From the NCBI GenBank assembly GCA_965248515.1, contig CBDFJU010000003.1, positions 975,254-1,039,253 on the forward strand: a DNA stretch of 64,000 bases, written 5' to 3'. Of this stretch, positions 39,272 through 50,409 are shown piece by piece. The stretch comes from Dehalococcoidia bacterium. GTDB lineage: Bacteria; Chloroflexota; Dehalococcoidia; SHYB01. The position numbers and the translations under genes are program-made. Every line of letters starts with the position of its first letter. Positions within the stretch are counted from its first letter, which is position 1. Under the pieces are notes generated by a model. The model did no database searches and was not told the origin of the DNA. It saw nothing but the letters and a program-made list of their open reading frames with translations.

Positions 39272-39819
39272 GTACCAACCACATCCATCAGCACACCATA
39301 ACCGCCCAGGTCATGGACCATCCGGGCGTCCTGACCAGGATCGCCAGCATGTTCCGTCGGCGCGGCTTCAACATCGCGAGCCTGTCGGTCGGCCAGAGCG
39401 AGATTCCCAACCAGTCGCGGATGACCTTTGTCGTCGATGCCGACAACGATACCATCGTCGATCAGGTCACCAAGCAGCTGCGCAAGATCATCGAAGTCGT
39501 CAAGGTCAACGATCTGAGCGAAGAAGACGTCGTGGCCCGAGAGCTGGCGCTGGTCAAGGTCCGCGTGCCGTCCTCCGAGGCCAGGTCGGAGATCATCCAG
39601 ATCGTCGAGCTCTTCCGCGCCAAGATCGTCGATGTCGGCGCCGACTCGGTGATCATCGAGGTCACCGGTGACGAAGACAAGATCCAATCGCTCCTGATGC
39701 TGGTGAAGGGGTTCGGCATCTCGGAGATTATGCGCACGGGCCGGGTAGCCGTTGCCCGCGGCAAAAAGACGTCCTTGAAAGCCCGGGGCGCCAACGGCAA
39801 GCGCCCCAGCGGCGGCTAG
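39268..39819 (+). CDS. ilvN: Acetolactate synthase small (regulatory) subunit.
   Basis: ACT domain. ATGA overlap with the ilvB stop. The listed 382 aa ORF is an in-frame upstream extension. Confidence 0.85.
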   Translation: MSTNHIHQHTITAQVMDHPGVLTRIASMFRRRGFNIASLSVGQSEIPNQSRMTFVVDADNDTIVDQVTKQLRKIIEVVKVNDLSEEDVVARELALVKVRVPSSEARSEIIQIVELFRAKIVDVGADSVIIEVTGDEDKIQSLLMLVKGFGISEIMRTGRVAVARGKKTSLKARGANGKRPSGG

Positions 39820-39859
39820 GCAAGCGGCAGGGGACCGAGATTCCCAGAGGAGATCGAAG

Positions 39860-40189
39860 ATGAAAAGCGTCGGGGCTGAGCATGTCACGACCGTGCGACC
39901 AGGAGATTGCCAGCCAATCCGCTTCTGGATGGGTGACGCCATAAGTGCGGACGAGCAATGTCGGGGTCCCAATGGTCTGCACGGTCGTCACTATGGTAGC
40001 TACTGGCGAGTCCACAGGGACCTACATGACCCTCGATACGAGCCTGTTCAACATCTTCTCAAAGAAGCCCCCGGATGGGGCACGTTCTGGGCTGCTGCAT
40101 TGGGAGCGGTGGCCGGTGCCAGTTGGTTGGCCGCGTCGGCGATTCACCGCAGGACGGAAGCGAACCCATCCCCTCGATTGTCTGAGTAA
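39860..40189 (+). CDS. Small hypothetical membrane-anchored protein inserted between ilvN and ilvC.
   Basis: GAGGAGAT RBS. C-terminal hydrophobic helix TFWAAALGAVAGASWLAASAI. Confidence 0.4.
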   Translation: MKSVGAEHVTTVRPGDCQPIRFWMGDAISADEQCRGPNGLHGRHYGSYWRVHRDLHDPRYEPVQHLLKEAPGWGTFWAAALGAVAGASWLAASAIHRRTEANPSPRLSE

Positions 40190-40198
40190 GGAGACACC

Positions 40199-41212
40199 AT
40201 GGCAACGGTTTACTACGACGACGATGCCGATCTGAGCCTGCTCGACGGGAAGAAAATCGCCGTCATCGGCTACGGCAGCCAGGGCCACGCCCATTCGCTG
40301 AACCTGAAGGATTCCGGCTGCGACGTTGTCGTCGGCCTCTACGAAGGCTCGAAGAGCAAGGAGAAGGCCGAGGCTGAAGGGCTCACCGTCAAGAGCGTCG
40401 CCGACGCTTCTAAAGAGGCCGACATCGTCATGGTGCTGCTTCCCGACACCGTCCAGCGCGACGTTTACGACGGCGAGATCCGGCAAGGACTGGAGCCGGG
40501 CAACACCCTGATGTTCGGCCACGGGTTCAATATCCACTACAAGCAAGTCGTGCCACCCGACTTCGTCGACGTCAGCATGATCGCACCCAAGGCGCCGGGA
40601 CATCGGATGCGCGAGGTCTACAAGGAAGGGTTCGGCGTCCCCGGGCTGCTCGCCATCCACCAGGACCCCACCGGCAACGCCCAGGCCAACGGTCTGGCCT
40701 ATGGCAAGGGCGTCGGCTGCACGCGCGCCGGAGTTCTGGCCACGACGTTCCTCGAAGAAACCGAGACCGACCTCTTCGGCGAGCAGACTGTCCTCTGCGG
40801 TGGCGTTTCGTCGCTGGTCAAGACAGCCTTCGAGACCCTCGTCGAGGCGGGCTACCAACCCGAGTCAGCCTATTTCGAGACACTGCATGAGCTCAAGCTG
40901 ATCGTCGACCTGATGTACGAGGGCGGGCTGGAGTACATGCGCTACTCCATAAGCGACACCGCCGAGTACGGCGACTACACCCGAGGTCCCAGAGTCGTCA
41001 ACGAGAGCGTGCGCAAAGAGATGCGCAAGATCCTGGGAGAAATCCAGGACGGCTCTTTCGCCAGGGAGTGGATCGCCGAGTGGCGCGAAGGCGCGACGAA
41101 CTTCAACGCGCTACGGAAAAAGAACAAAGAGCATCAGGTTGAGAAAGTCGGCGTCGAGCTCCGCGCGATGATGCGAGGACTGACCAAGACCAGAGACAAG
41201 GGGTCAAAGTAG
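40199..41212 (+). CDS. ilvC: Ketol-acid reductoisomerase.
   Basis: [26 protein letters not shown] site. Confidence 0.95.
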   Translation: MATVYYDDDADLSLLDGKKIAVIGYGSQGHAHSLNLKDSGCDVVVGLYEGSKSKEKAEAEGLTVKSVADASKEADIVMVLLPDTVQRDVYDGEIRQGLEPGNTLMFGHGFNIHYKQVVPPDFVDVSMIAPKAPGHRMREVYKEGFGVPGLLAIHQDPTGNAQANGLAYGKGVGCTRAGVLATTFLEETETDLFGEQTVLCGGVSSLVKTAFETLVEAGYQPESAYFETLHELKLIVDLMYEGGLEYMRYSISDTAEYGDYTRGPRVVNESVRKEMRKILGEIQDGSFAREWIAEWREGATNFNALRKKNKEHQVEKVGVELRAMMRGLTKTRDKGSK

Positions 41213-41393
41213 CGGCGTAGCGTCGCTGAGGCGTTCCCATGGCTTGCATGTCATCCCGATCTCGAGTTCACCATCTTGCCCGGTTCTCAATGAGGACTCG
41301 GGCCAGCCTCCTGCTCCCCTGTGGGGGAGAAGCGTAGCGCCATATCGCGGGCGGCGGATTGGGGTTCTCAGGAGGCAGGCTAAGAGGTCCATC

Positions 41394-42953
41394 ATGAGCG
41401 AAGATAACAACGTAACTATTTTCGATACGACCCTGCGCGACGGCGAGCAGGCAGCCGGTGCCACGATGACCGTCGATCAGAAGGTCGAGATTGCGCATCA
41501 ACTCGACAAGCTGGGTGTCGACGTCATCGAGGCCGGATTTCCCGTCAGCTCCCCCGGCGAGCTTGCCGCGGTGCAGCGCATCGCCCGGGAAGTCGAGCGT
41601 CCAATCATCTGCGCACTCTCCCACGCCAACAACAAAGCCGTGGACGCCGCTTGGGACGCGGTGAAGGGCGCCAAGCGCAAGCGCATTCACATCTTCCTGT
41701 CCACGTCCGAGATACACATGTACCATCAGCTCCACAAGGACCGGGAAGAGATCCTCTCCATGGCCTGTGAGAACGTGGCCCGGGCCCGCGGCTACTGCGA
41801 CGACGTCGAGTTCTCCCCCATGGATGCAACCCGCAGCGACCTGGAGTACCTCCACCGGTTGCTCGAGGCAACCATCGACTCCGGCGCCACCACCGTAAAC
41901 ATTCCGGACACCGTCGGCTACACGACCCCAGAGGAGTTCTATCAGCTCATCCGGGGCATCTTCGAGAACGTGCGCAATATCGACAAGGCGCGTATCTCCG
42001 TCCATTGCCACAACGACCTGGGCATGGCGGTCGCCAACAGCCTGGCGGCGGTGCGGGCCGGCGCTCGGCAGATCGAATGCACCATCAACGGCATCGGCGA
42101 GCGGGCCGGCAACGCTTCGCTCGAAGAAGTCGCCATGGCGCTCAAGACCCGCGCTGACACCTACGACCTCGATACCAACATCGACACGATCCAGATCACC
42201 CGCACGAGCAAGCTCGTCAGCCAGCACACCGGGTTCGCTGTCCAGCCGAACAAGGCCATCGTCGGCAAAAACGCCTTCCGTCACGCCTCCGGCATTCACC
42301 AGGACGGCATGATGAAGCACCAGACGACGTACGAGATCATGGAGCCGCAGAGCGTCGGCCTGAGCGGCTCGACCCTGGTGCTGGGCAAGCTCAGCGGGCG
42401 CCACGCCTTTCAGAAGCGCATGGGAGAGATCGGCTTCCCGTTGGAGGGCGACGAGCTCGCCGCGGCGTTCGAGAGTTTTAAGGAAGTGGCCGAGGTGAAA
42501 AAAGAGGTCAGCGACGCCGACCTCGAGGCCCTGGTGGCCGACCAGCGTCGGAGCATGTCCGATGCCTACGCCCTCGAGAGCGTTCAGGTGGCCTGCGGCA
42601 CCGACGAAGTTCCGACCGCCACGGTGCGGATCAAAGGGCCGGACGAGAAAGACTTCGTCAATACGGCTAGCGGGACCGGGCCGGTCGACGCCGCCTACAA
42701 GGCGATCGACCAGGTCATCGGCGTCGACGCCCGCCTCGAAGAGTTCAGCGTCCAGTCCATAACCGAGGGTATCGACGCCATTGGCGACGTGATGGTCCGC
42801 ATCGAGAGCCAGGGCATGACCTACGTCGGCCGGGGCGCCTCGACCGATATCATCGTTGCCGCCGCCAAGGCCTACGTGAATGCCCTGAACCGGCTCATCT
42901 CCGAGCAAAGCCTTCCTCCTGCCGCCACCCAGGCGGCCAAGGTCGGGCCCTAG
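41394..42953 (+). CDS. leuA: 2-isopropylmalate synthase.
   Basis: [12 protein letters not shown]-terminal signature. C-terminal LeuA dimerisation/regulatory domain. Confidence 0.9.
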   Translation: MSEDNNVTIFDTTLRDGEQAAGATMTVDQKVEIAHQLDKLGVDVIEAGFPVSSPGELAAVQRIAREVERPIICALSHANNKAVDAAWDAVKGAKRKRIHIFLSTSEIHMYHQLHKDREEILSMACENVARARGYCDDVEFSPMDATRSDLEYLHRLLEATIDSGATTVNIPDTVGYTTPEEFYQLIRGIFENVRNIDKARISVHCHNDLGMAVANSLAAVRAGARQIECTINGIGERAGNASLEEVAMALKTRADTYDLDTNIDTIQITRTSKLVSQHTGFAVQPNKAIVGKNAFRHASGIHQDGMMKHQTTYEIMEPQSVGLSGSTLVLGKLSGRHAFQKRMGEIGFPLEGDELAAAFESFKEVAEVKKEVSDADLEALVADQRRSMSDAYALESVQVACGTDEVPTATVRIKGPDEKDFVNTASGTGPVDAAYKAIDQVIGVDARLEEFSVQSITEGIDAIGDVMVRIESQGMTYVGRGASTDIIVAAAKAYVNALNRLISEQSLPPAATQAAKVGP

Positions 42954-43092
42954 CGCTGCCAACCGATCGATCACGTCGAAGGGCGGGGGCTCGCCCCCGC
43001 TCTTCGAGAGTCCCCTCGGTGAGCTTGTCGGCAACGGATAGGCTATCCTGACACCTGCTCGAGCCGGTGCAGAAACTCAAAGGACCAAGACC

Positions 43093-44490
43093 ATGCCCAA
43101 GACGATGTTCGAGAAGATCTGGGACGCCCATGTCGTCCACGAAGAGCGCGGCCAGCCGGCCCTCCTCTATATCGACCTCCACCTCGTCCACGAGGTCACG
43201 TCGCCCCAGGCCTTCGATGGCCTTCGCATGACCGGGCGCAAGGTCCGCCGGCCCGACCTGACCGTCGCGACAGCCGATCACAACGTGCCCACGACGGCAC
43301 GGTCGCTTCCAATCGCGGACCCGATCTCCGCGCAGCAGCTACAAGCGCTGAGCGATAACGCCCGCGAGTTCGGCTTGACGCTTTATGACATCAACAGTCC
43401 CAACCAGGGCATCGTCCACGTCATCGGCCCCGAGCAGGGCTACACGCAGCCAGGGCAGACCATCGTCTGTGGGGACAGCCATACCGCGACCCACGGTGCC
43501 TTCGGGGCCATCGCCTTCGGCATCGGCACCTCGGAAGTGGAGCACGTCCTCGCGACCCAATGCCTGCTTCAGGCCCGGCCGCGGATTATGGAGATCCGCA
43601 CTAACGGTTCTCTCCCCAACGGGGTCACGGCCAAAGACCTAGTCCTCGCCATCATCGGCGAGATCGGCGTTGATGGCGCGACCGGCTACGTGATCGAGTA
43701 CACCGGTCAGGCAATCCGTGAGCTTTCCATGGAAGGTCGCATGACCGTCTGCAACATGTCCATCGAGGCTGGGGCTCGAGCCGGCATGGTCGCGCCCGAC
43801 GACACCACCTTCGCCTACCTGGAAGGACGCCGCGAGGCGCCGCAGGGGAGCGAGTTCGCCGCCGCCGTCGAGCGCTGGCGGGCCCTTGCGACAGACCAGG
43901 GCGCCGTCTTCGACCGTCTGGTCGAGATCGATGCCGCCGCGTTGGCCCCCTTCGTCACCTGGGGCACCAACCCGGGGATGGTTGCGCCCGTGACCGAGCG
44001 CGTGCCCGACCCCGCCTCCTTCGCAGCGGCATCCGATAAGAGCGCGGCCGAGCGGGCCCTCGAATACATGGGCCTTACCGCCGGCACGCCGATCTCGGAT
44101 GTCGCCATCGACCGGGTGTTCATCGGCTCGTGCACCAACGGACGAATCGAGGACCTTCGCGAGGCCGCCGGCGTGGTGAAAGGCAGAAAGATAGCCGCGA
44201 ACGTGCAGGCCCTCGTGGTGCCCGGCTCGGCCAACATCAAGCGCCAGGCAGAGGAAGAGGGACTGGACCAGGTGTTCATGGAGGCGGGCCTCGACTGGCG
44301 CGAGTCGGGCTGCTCGATGTGCCTCGGCATGAACCCGGACATCCTCGACGAAGGCGAACGTTGCGCCTCCACCTCCAATCGCAACTTCGAGGGGCGTCAG
44401 GGTAAGGGCGGTCGCACCCACCTCGTCAGCCCCGCGATGGCCGCCGCCGCCGCCATCGCCGGCCATTTTGTTGACATAAGGGACTGGTAG
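43093..44490 (+). CDS. leuC: 3-isopropylmalate dehydratase large subunit.
   Basis: Aconitase-family Cys ligands, [15 protein letters not shown]. Confidence 0.95.
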   Translation: MPKTMFEKIWDAHVVHEERGQPALLYIDLHLVHEVTSPQAFDGLRMTGRKVRRPDLTVATADHNVPTTARSLPIADPISAQQLQALSDNAREFGLTLYDINSPNQGIVHVIGPEQGYTQPGQTIVCGDSHTATHGAFGAIAFGIGTSEVEHVLATQCLLQARPRIMEIRTNGSLPNGVTAKDLVLAIIGEIGVDGATGYVIEYTGQAIRELSMEGRMTVCNMSIEAGARAGMVAPDDTTFAYLEGRREAPQGSEFAAAVERWRALATDQGAVFDRLVEIDAAALAPFVTWGTNPGMVAPVTERVPDPASFAAASDKSAAERALEYMGLTAGTPISDVAIDRVFIGSCTNGRIEDLREAAGVVKGRKIAANVQALVVPGSANIKRQAEEEGLDQVFMEAGLDWRESGCSMCLGMNPDILDEGERCASTSNRNFEGRQGKGGRTHLVSPAMAAAAAIAGHFVDIRDW

Positions 44491-44637
44491 CACCTGTTCC
44501 TACGAGGATGAACGCACTACGCTGGTTAGTCCGATACCCCCTCCCCTGACTTGCCACGACCGGTTAGCCTGGACCCAGGCTGCGAGAACGCCGGACGGTC
44601 GGGCGACTAGCCCCGATGTCCGCGTGGGGAGGACGCT

Positions 44638-45543
44638 ATGCGGCGGAAGTTGCGGTGGAGCGTCTCGATTGGGCTGGTCCTGGTTGTCCTCGCCTACGGG
44701 CTTATCTCGTTCCTCATCGCCCAGGGCTTGACCAAAGCCGACCGCAATCCACAGGAGGATCATCCCTCCAACCACGGACTCCTGTTCGAGGACGTGGCGT
44801 TTCCGACCCGTGGCGGTGGCCCTTCGCTCAGGGGCTGGTACGTGGCCGGCGACCTCGCCAAGCCACACGTCATCTTCGTCCATGGGCTCGGCTCCAAGCG
44901 GTCTGGTGATAAGGCTGTCGAGATCGCGGCGGGACTCGCCGAGCGCGGATATAGCGCCCTCTTGTTCGACCTGCGGGGCCACGGCGAGTCTCCAGGCGGT
45001 AAGGTCTCCGGCGGCTTCTTCGAGCGGCTCGATGTCCTGGGCGCTTTCGACTACCTCAGGGAACGCGGCGTGCCGTCCAAGCGGATCGGCGTCCTCGGCT
45101 TCTCGATGGGCGCCGCGACGACCGCCTTTGCCGCCGGCGAAGAGCCCGCCCTTCGCGCCGTGGTCCTCGACAGTCCTTACGCGAACGCCAGGTCCTTCAT
45201 TAGCCAGGAGGCAGCTAGAAAGACCGTGCTCCCCAAGTGGCTCGTTCCCATCTTTGCGCCCACCTCCGAGCTCATGGCCGCCACGATCTACGGCATCAAC
45301 GTGGGCGCGATGGTCCCCGAGGAGGCCGTCCAGCGCATCGACTACCCTGTCCTCGTCGTGCATGGGACCGGGGACACCCGCATCCCTCACGAGCATGGGG
45401 AGCGTGTGCACGCCGCGGCGAGGCGTGGCAGCGAGCTTTGGCTCGTCCCGGACGTCGATCACGTCGACGCTTTCATCGCGTACCCCGGCGAGTACATCGA
45501 TCGCGTCGCCCGCTACTTCGATAGCCGTCTGAACGTCAGCTAG
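44638..45543 (+). CDS. Alpha/beta hydrolase (membrane-anchored, S9/ABHD-like) inserted between leuC and leuD.
   Basis: N-terminal TM helix, GFSMGAAT nucleophile elbow. Confidence 0.75.
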   Translation: MRRKLRWSVSIGLVLVVLAYGLISFLIAQGLTKADRNPQEDHPSNHGLLFEDVAFPTRGGGPSLRGWYVAGDLAKPHVIFVHGLGSKRSGDKAVEIAAGLAERGYSALLFDLRGHGESPGGKVSGGFFERLDVLGAFDYLRERGVPSKRIGVLGFSMGAATTAFAAGEEPALRAVVLDSPYANARSFISQEAARKTVLPKWLVPIFAPTSELMAATIYGINVGAMVPEEAVQRIDYPVLVVHGTGDTRIPHEHGERVHAAARRGSELWLVPDVDHVDAFIAYPGEYIDRVARYFDSRLNVS

Positions 45544-45601
45544 GACTGTAGCACAGGGTCGCGGCGCTCTGACCCTGACAAGCCCAACAAGACCGGAGCG
45601 G

Positions 45602-46498
45602 TCATGCTGACAGCCGTCGCTTCGCTTCTTCGTAGACGTCCCGCGGGAGCGGCCCTTTGACGGCCGCAGCCAGGTTCTCCTCCAGATGAGCCGGGTTGGA
45701 TGTGCCTACGATAGTCGTGTCGAGGTCTGGATGGGTGATCGTAAACCGGAGCATGAACTCCATCTTGCTCATGCCGTCGAGAAACTCGTCCATCTTCCTC
45801 TCATCCCAGAGTCTCCAGACATCCTCAGACCCCTGACTTTCACCGGGGATTCCGCGGGCCACGCCGCCCCGAATGATGGTCCCAGCCCCCGCCCGTGCGG
45901 CCTGAGAGATGACATCCTCATGTTCCCGCTTTAGACCCGAATACGGGATCTGGAAGGCGTCGAAGACGCCCATCGATATGTGATCGCCCAGATTGGGCAG
46001 GATCGAAGAGGAGCCGATAAAGCGGACCTTGCCCTCCCGTTTCAGGTCCATGAGCGTCTCGATTGCCCCCTCTTGCCGCAACACTTCCTGCGATGGGCTG
46101 GCATGGAACTGCACGAGGTCCAGGTGGTCGGTCCTCATCCGTTTCAGACTCTGGTTCACCCCTTCGACAATGTTCTCGCGGTCAAAGGTGTGAACGAAAC
46201 GGTCTTTTTCCGGGACTGACGTCGCGTCCACGACGCAGCCGCACTTGGAGGCCAGAAAATACTCGTTTCGGCGGTGGGAGATGTACTCGCCGATGTTTGC
46301 TTCGCTTTCGCCGTAGTCGATGGAAGTGTCGATGTAGTTGATACCCGCATCCAGTACGGCGTTCAATACCTTCTCCGCCTGCTCACGGGTCGACGCTCTG
46401 CGGGGCGAGCCTGGGCCGCGTAGCTCCATCGCACCGAAGCCGAGGACCGTCACCTCGAGTCCTGTTCTGCCGAGCCTTCGTTTCGGCAAGTCCGCCAT
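45602..46498 (-). CDS. Aldo/keto reductase.
   Basis: LGFGAMEL..., AKR catalytic tetrad context. Start MADLPKRRLGRTG with an AAAGGGGGGAG RBS. Confidence 0.8.
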   Translation of the reverse strand: MADLPKRRLGRTGLEVTVLGFGAMELRGPGSPRRASTREQAEKVLNAVLDAGINYIDTSIDYGESEANIGEYISHRRNEYFLASKCGCVVDATSVPEKDRFVHTFDRENIVEGVNQSLKRMRTDHLDLVQFHASPSQEVLRQEGAIETLMDLKREGKVRFIGSSSILPNLGDHISMGVFDAFQIPYSGLKREHEDVISQAARAGAGTIIRGGVARGIPGESQGSEDVWRLWDERKMDEFLDGMSKMEFMLRFTITHPDLDTTIVGTSNPAHLEENLAAAVKGPLPRDVYEEAKRRLSA

Positions 46499-46634
46499 TG
46501 CTCCCCCCTTTCGCCGGAACCAAGACCGGCGAGTCATGATACTCCAGCGCGATTTCCTTCGATAGGATTGAGCGAGAACCGAGCGCCAATTCCCGCTATA
46601 CTGTAGTCTCACCTCGCCTCATCCAGGAGTACCC

Positions 46635-47243
46635 ATGGAGCCGTTCGTCAGACACACCGGACTCGTTGCCCCCATGGACCGGGTCAACGTCGACACCGAC
46701 CAGATCATGCCCAAGCAGTTCCTCAAGCGCATCGAGCGCACGGGATTCGGCGAGTTCCTCTTCTTCGATTGGAGGCGCCTCCCGGACGGCTCGCCCAACC
46801 CCGACTTCGAGCTGAACGACCCCGCTTACCAGGGCGCCAGCATCCTCGTCGCGGGACGCAACTTCGGCTCCGGGTCATCGCGAGAGCATGCTCCGTGGGG
46901 GCTGCTCGAATACGGCTTCCGCGTCATCATCGCGCCGAGCCTGGCCGACATCTTTCGGAACAACTGTTTCCAGAACGGCGTGCTCCCCATCGTCATCGAC
47001 CAGGGCGTCGTCGACCGGATCATGAAGAAAGCCCAGGAGAAGACAGGCTATCGCCTCACGGTCGACCTCGAGGCTACTGAGCTTTCCGACGACACGGGGC
47101 TCTCCGAGCCGTTCGAGGTCGATGAGTTCCGGCGCTACTCCCTGCTCAACGGCCTCGACGACATCGGGCTGACGATGCACCACGAGGATAAGATCGCAGC
47201 TTACGAACGGAGTCGTTGGCCGGCGCGGGCCTCCGGTAACTAG
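46635..47243 (+). CDS. leuD: 3-isopropylmalate dehydratase small subunit.
   Basis: Aconitase swivel domain. 202 aa. Confidence 0.9.
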   Translation: MEPFVRHTGLVAPMDRVNVDTDQIMPKQFLKRIERTGFGEFLFFDWRRLPDGSPNPDFELNDPAYQGASILVAGRNFGSGSSREHAPWGLLEYGFRVIIAPSLADIFRNNCFQNGVLPIVIDQGVVDRIMKKAQEKTGYRLTVDLEATELSDDTGLSEPFEVDEFRRYSLLNGLDDIGLTMHHEDKIAAYERSRWPARASGN

Positions 47244-47249
47244 GTCTTC

Positions 47250-47969
47250 TTGGCCGTCGCCCGCGACCCTGAACACGCCGAGACCAGCGCCCTCCACGCC
47301 CTTGTCGACTTCAACGACAAGGACGTCCTCGAGATCGGCTGCGGTGACGGGCGATTGACCTGGCGATACGCTAACCGAGCTGCGTCCGTGATCGCGATCG
47401 ACCCTGACGAGGAAGAAATCGCCTCGGCTCGGGCCGAAACCCCTGAAGCGCTTCGCTCCGTGGTCACCTTCCAGGTCGCCGACGTCATCAAGGTCGACCT
47501 GCCACCTGTCGCCTATGACGTCGTGCTCGTCTCCTGGTCCTTGTGATGAATCACCATCGGGGGTCTCGGTGAGACCCTGAGCAAGATGCACGCGGCGCTG
47601 CGGCCGGGTGGCGTAATGCTGGATATCCATCCGGAGGCCAGGCACTCCCGCATCGAGGTGCATTCAGGCTCGCGGGTCGAAGACGTCGGAAACCTCGACG
47701 AGTCGGAATTCCTGCCCGATATCGACGCCGCGGAAAAGGTCCTCGCCTCGGCCGTATCGGCGGAGCGCTTCGTCGTCGAAGAGCAAAGACGGTTCGACTT
47801 TCTCTACCATTTCGCCGGTGTCGATGAGTACAAGGCGTTTCTCGTCGACGAGGAGTGGGGGAACGTCGATCCGGCTGTCGAGTCGAGGGCCCGCGAGCTC
47901 CTCGCGTCTGCGGGAGGCGAGTTGGTTATGCGGGAGCCGGTCCGAGCCGCGCGGCTGAGGCGAGTCTAA
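47250..47969 (+). pseudogene. Class I SAM-dependent methyltransferase interrupted by two consecutive in-frame TGA codons (47544-47549).
   Basis: Motif I DVLEIGCGDG. Post-motif II region ALRPGGVMLDI continues in the same frame after TGA TGA. Confidence 0.6.
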
Positions 47970-48061
47970 CGGACTCAGCCCTTAGCGTGTCCGGGCGAAC
48001 TGTGGCAAGATGTGCGGACGGTCGGCCGGACCGAGGTTGAGCACGGTCGATGGAGGACCCC

Positions 48062-49192
48062 ATGGCAAAACACGGCGTCGTATCAGCCGACTCCCATATC
48101 GACCTGTGGGCCCTGCCGTTCGATACCTTCACCTCCCGAGTCCCCAAGGCGTGGCGCGAGCGTGTCCCCCACGTTGTCCAGGGGCCGGAGGGGGTCGAGT
48201 GGGTCGCTGGCGAGCGGGGCGAGTTCAAGTTGGGCCAGGCGGGCACTCGGTCCATCTCCAATGCCCGCATGGAGCGAATGTTGCAAGTTGGCTTCGACCC
48301 CAAGGACCGCCGGCCCGTCGATCCTGAGCTCCGGATCGAGGACCAGGAAAAAGACGGCGTCGATGGCGAGGTCATCTACGGCATCTTCTCGCTATCCGAC
48401 TTGATGAAAGACCGCGACGCCGCGGCGATCGCCTTCCGGGCCTACAACGAATACGTGGCCGAGTTCTCGCAGGCCCAACCGGACCGTTTCTGCTGCCTCG
48501 GGATCATCCCCGGCAACACCGTGGAGGCCGCAATCGCCGATCTCGAGCATATCGCCGAGTTGGGCCTCCGTGGAGCCCAGTGGGGCTACCTCGACACCGT
48601 GAAACCCATCTGGCACCCCTACTGGGAGCCGTTCTGGGCCGCCGCCGCCGAGCGCCAGGTCGTTATCTCCCTCCACGCGCCCGTGTTCGGCAGCACCACC
48701 ACGGTGGGCCTGCTGCCGCACCTCGAGCGCCATCCGGCCTCCTACGCCGCTTTCCTCTGCGTCTTCCCAATGCAGCTCGACGAAGCGGTGACGTCCGTCA
48801 TCTTTAGCGGGACCCTCGAGCGCAACCCAGCGCTTAAGGTCGTGCTCACCGAGAGTGGCGTCGGCTGGATCCCCTACCTCCTCGAGCGCATGGACCACGA
48901 ATGGCACGACTACTACGAGGTCGGCGACTGGAAGTCGCTCATCGACACCGAGCCCAGCCAACTCTTCCGGGATCATATATACGCGACCTTCCAGACCGAC
49001 ACGGTGGGCCCAAGGCTCGCGGCCGATTTCTGCCCCGACAATTTTATGTGGGGCTCCGACTACCCGCACCCCGACGGCGTTTGGCCCGACTCCAAAGAGC
49101 ACATTGGCAAGTCGCTCGCCGGGCTGAGCGACGACATGCGGAGGAAGATCGTCAACGACAACGTCCGGGCCGTGTATCGAATGGAGGGGTAG
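48062..49192 (+). CDS. Amidohydrolase-2 family protein.
   Basis: SADSHIDLW N-terminal metal site, GSDYPHPDG. Confidence 0.8.
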   Translation: MAKHGVVSADSHIDLWALPFDTFTSRVPKAWRERVPHVVQGPEGVEWVAGERGEFKLGQAGTRSISNARMERMLQVGFDPKDRRPVDPELRIEDQEKDGVDGEVIYGIFSLSDLMKDRDAAAIAFRAYNEYVAEFSQAQPDRFCCLGIIPGNTVEAAIADLEHIAELGLRGAQWGYLDTVKPIWHPYWEPFWAAAAERQVVISLHAPVFGSTTTVGLLPHLERHPASYAAFLCVFPMQLDEAVTSVIFSGTLERNPALKVVLTESGVGWIPYLLERMDHEWHDYYEVGDWKSLIDTEPSQLFRDHIYATFQTDTVGPRLAADFCPDNFMWGSDYPHPDGVWPDSKEHIGKSLAGLSDDMRRKIVNDNVRAVYRMEG

Positions 49193-49195
49193 GCC

Positions 49196-50314
49196 ATGGA
49201 CTTCACCATCGCGGTCCTGGCTGGCGACGGTATCGGACCCGAGGTAACGGCCCAGGGCACGCGGGTGCTGGACCGCGTCGGCGAGCTGTTCGGCCACCGC
49301 TTCGACTATCGCGAGGGCCTGATGGGCGGGATCTCGATCGACCGCCTCGGCACCGCGCTTCCGGACGAGACGATCGACATCTGCCGTGGCGCCGACGCCG
49401 TGCTCCTCGGCGCCGTGGGCGGACCCAAGTGGGACGATCCCGCGGCCAAGACCCGCCCTGAAGACGGACTGCTCCGCATCCGCAAGGAGCTTCGTCTCTA
49501 CGCCAACCTTCGCCCCGTCACGAGCTACCCGCAGCTCGTCGATTCGACCCCGTTCAAGCCCGAGGTGCTCGAAGGCCTCGACCTCCTGGTCATCCGAGAG
49601 CTCACCGGGGGCCTCTACTTCGGTAAGCCCAAGAAACGCTGGAGCACGACGCGCGGGCGCCGCGCTGTGGATAGCATGGCGTACTCCGAGCAGGAGGTCG
49701 ACCGAGTGCTGCGCCTGGGCTTTCGCCTGGCGCGGGAGCGCAAGGGAAAGCTCACGTCGGTAGACAAGGCCAACGTGCTCGAGACTTCCCGGATGTGGCG
49801 CGAGATCGCGGTCGAGATCGGCAAGGAGAACCCCGACGTCGAACTCAACCACATGCTGGTGGACACCTGTGCGATGAACCTCGTGCGCAGCCCCGCCGAA
49901 TTCGACGTGATCGTGACCGAGAACACCTTTGGCGATATTCTCACCGACGAGGCCGCCGTCCTCGCCGGCTCCATGGGCATGCTGCCCTCGGCAAGCCTTG
50001 GCGGCGCCAACCTCGCCACGGGTTGGGACCAGAACGGCGGCCGCAGCTTCGGTCTCTACGAGCCGATCCACGGCTCGGCCCCCGACATCGCCGGCCAGGA
50101 CAAGGCCAACCCCCTGGCCACGGTCCTTAGCATCGGCCTCATGCTCCGCCTCTCGCTGGGGCTCGATACCGAGGCTTCCGTTGTTGAGGGCGCCGTGCAG
50201 GACGTCCTCGCCGCGGGACACCGCACCCCGGACATCGCCAAACAGGGCGAGCCCGTCGTGGGGACCGAAGCGATGGGGGCCCTCGTCGTCGAGGCTCTCC
50301 GCCGTCCGGCCTGA
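49196..50314 (+). CDS. leuB: 3-isopropylmalate dehydrogenase.
   Basis: [22 protein letters not shown]-type motif ([10 protein letters not shown]). Confidence 0.9.
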   Translation: MDFTIAVLAGDGIGPEVTAQGTRVLDRVGELFGHRFDYREGLMGGISIDRLGTALPDETIDICRGADAVLLGAVGGPKWDDPAAKTRPEDGLLRIRKELRLYANLRPVTSYPQLVDSTPFKPEVLEGLDLLVIRELTGGLYFGKPKKRWSTTRGRRAVDSMAYSEQEVDRVLRLGFRLARERKGKLTSVDKANVLETSRMWREIAVEIGKENPDVELNHMLVDTCAMNLVRSPAEFDVIVTENTFGDILTDEAAVLAGSMGMLPSASLGGANLATGWDQNGGRSFGLYEPIHGSAPDIAGQDKANPLATVLSIGLMLRLSLGLDTEASVVEGAVQDVLAAGHRTPDIAKQGEPVVGTEAMGALVVEALRRPA

Positions 50315-50409
50315 GCAGCGGCCCGTCTTCTCCCGTCCAGGTCGATTGCTCCAGTCCTTTCCTGAAGGCTATACTGGATTATTGGCGTTTCGTGAAAGGA
50401 CGCGGACTC

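Noticed and set aside
38671-39819. 382 aa listed ORF covering ilvN.
   Set aside because: It is an in-frame upstream extension through the ilvB 3' end. The real ilvN start is the ATG at 39268, which overlaps the ilvB stop.
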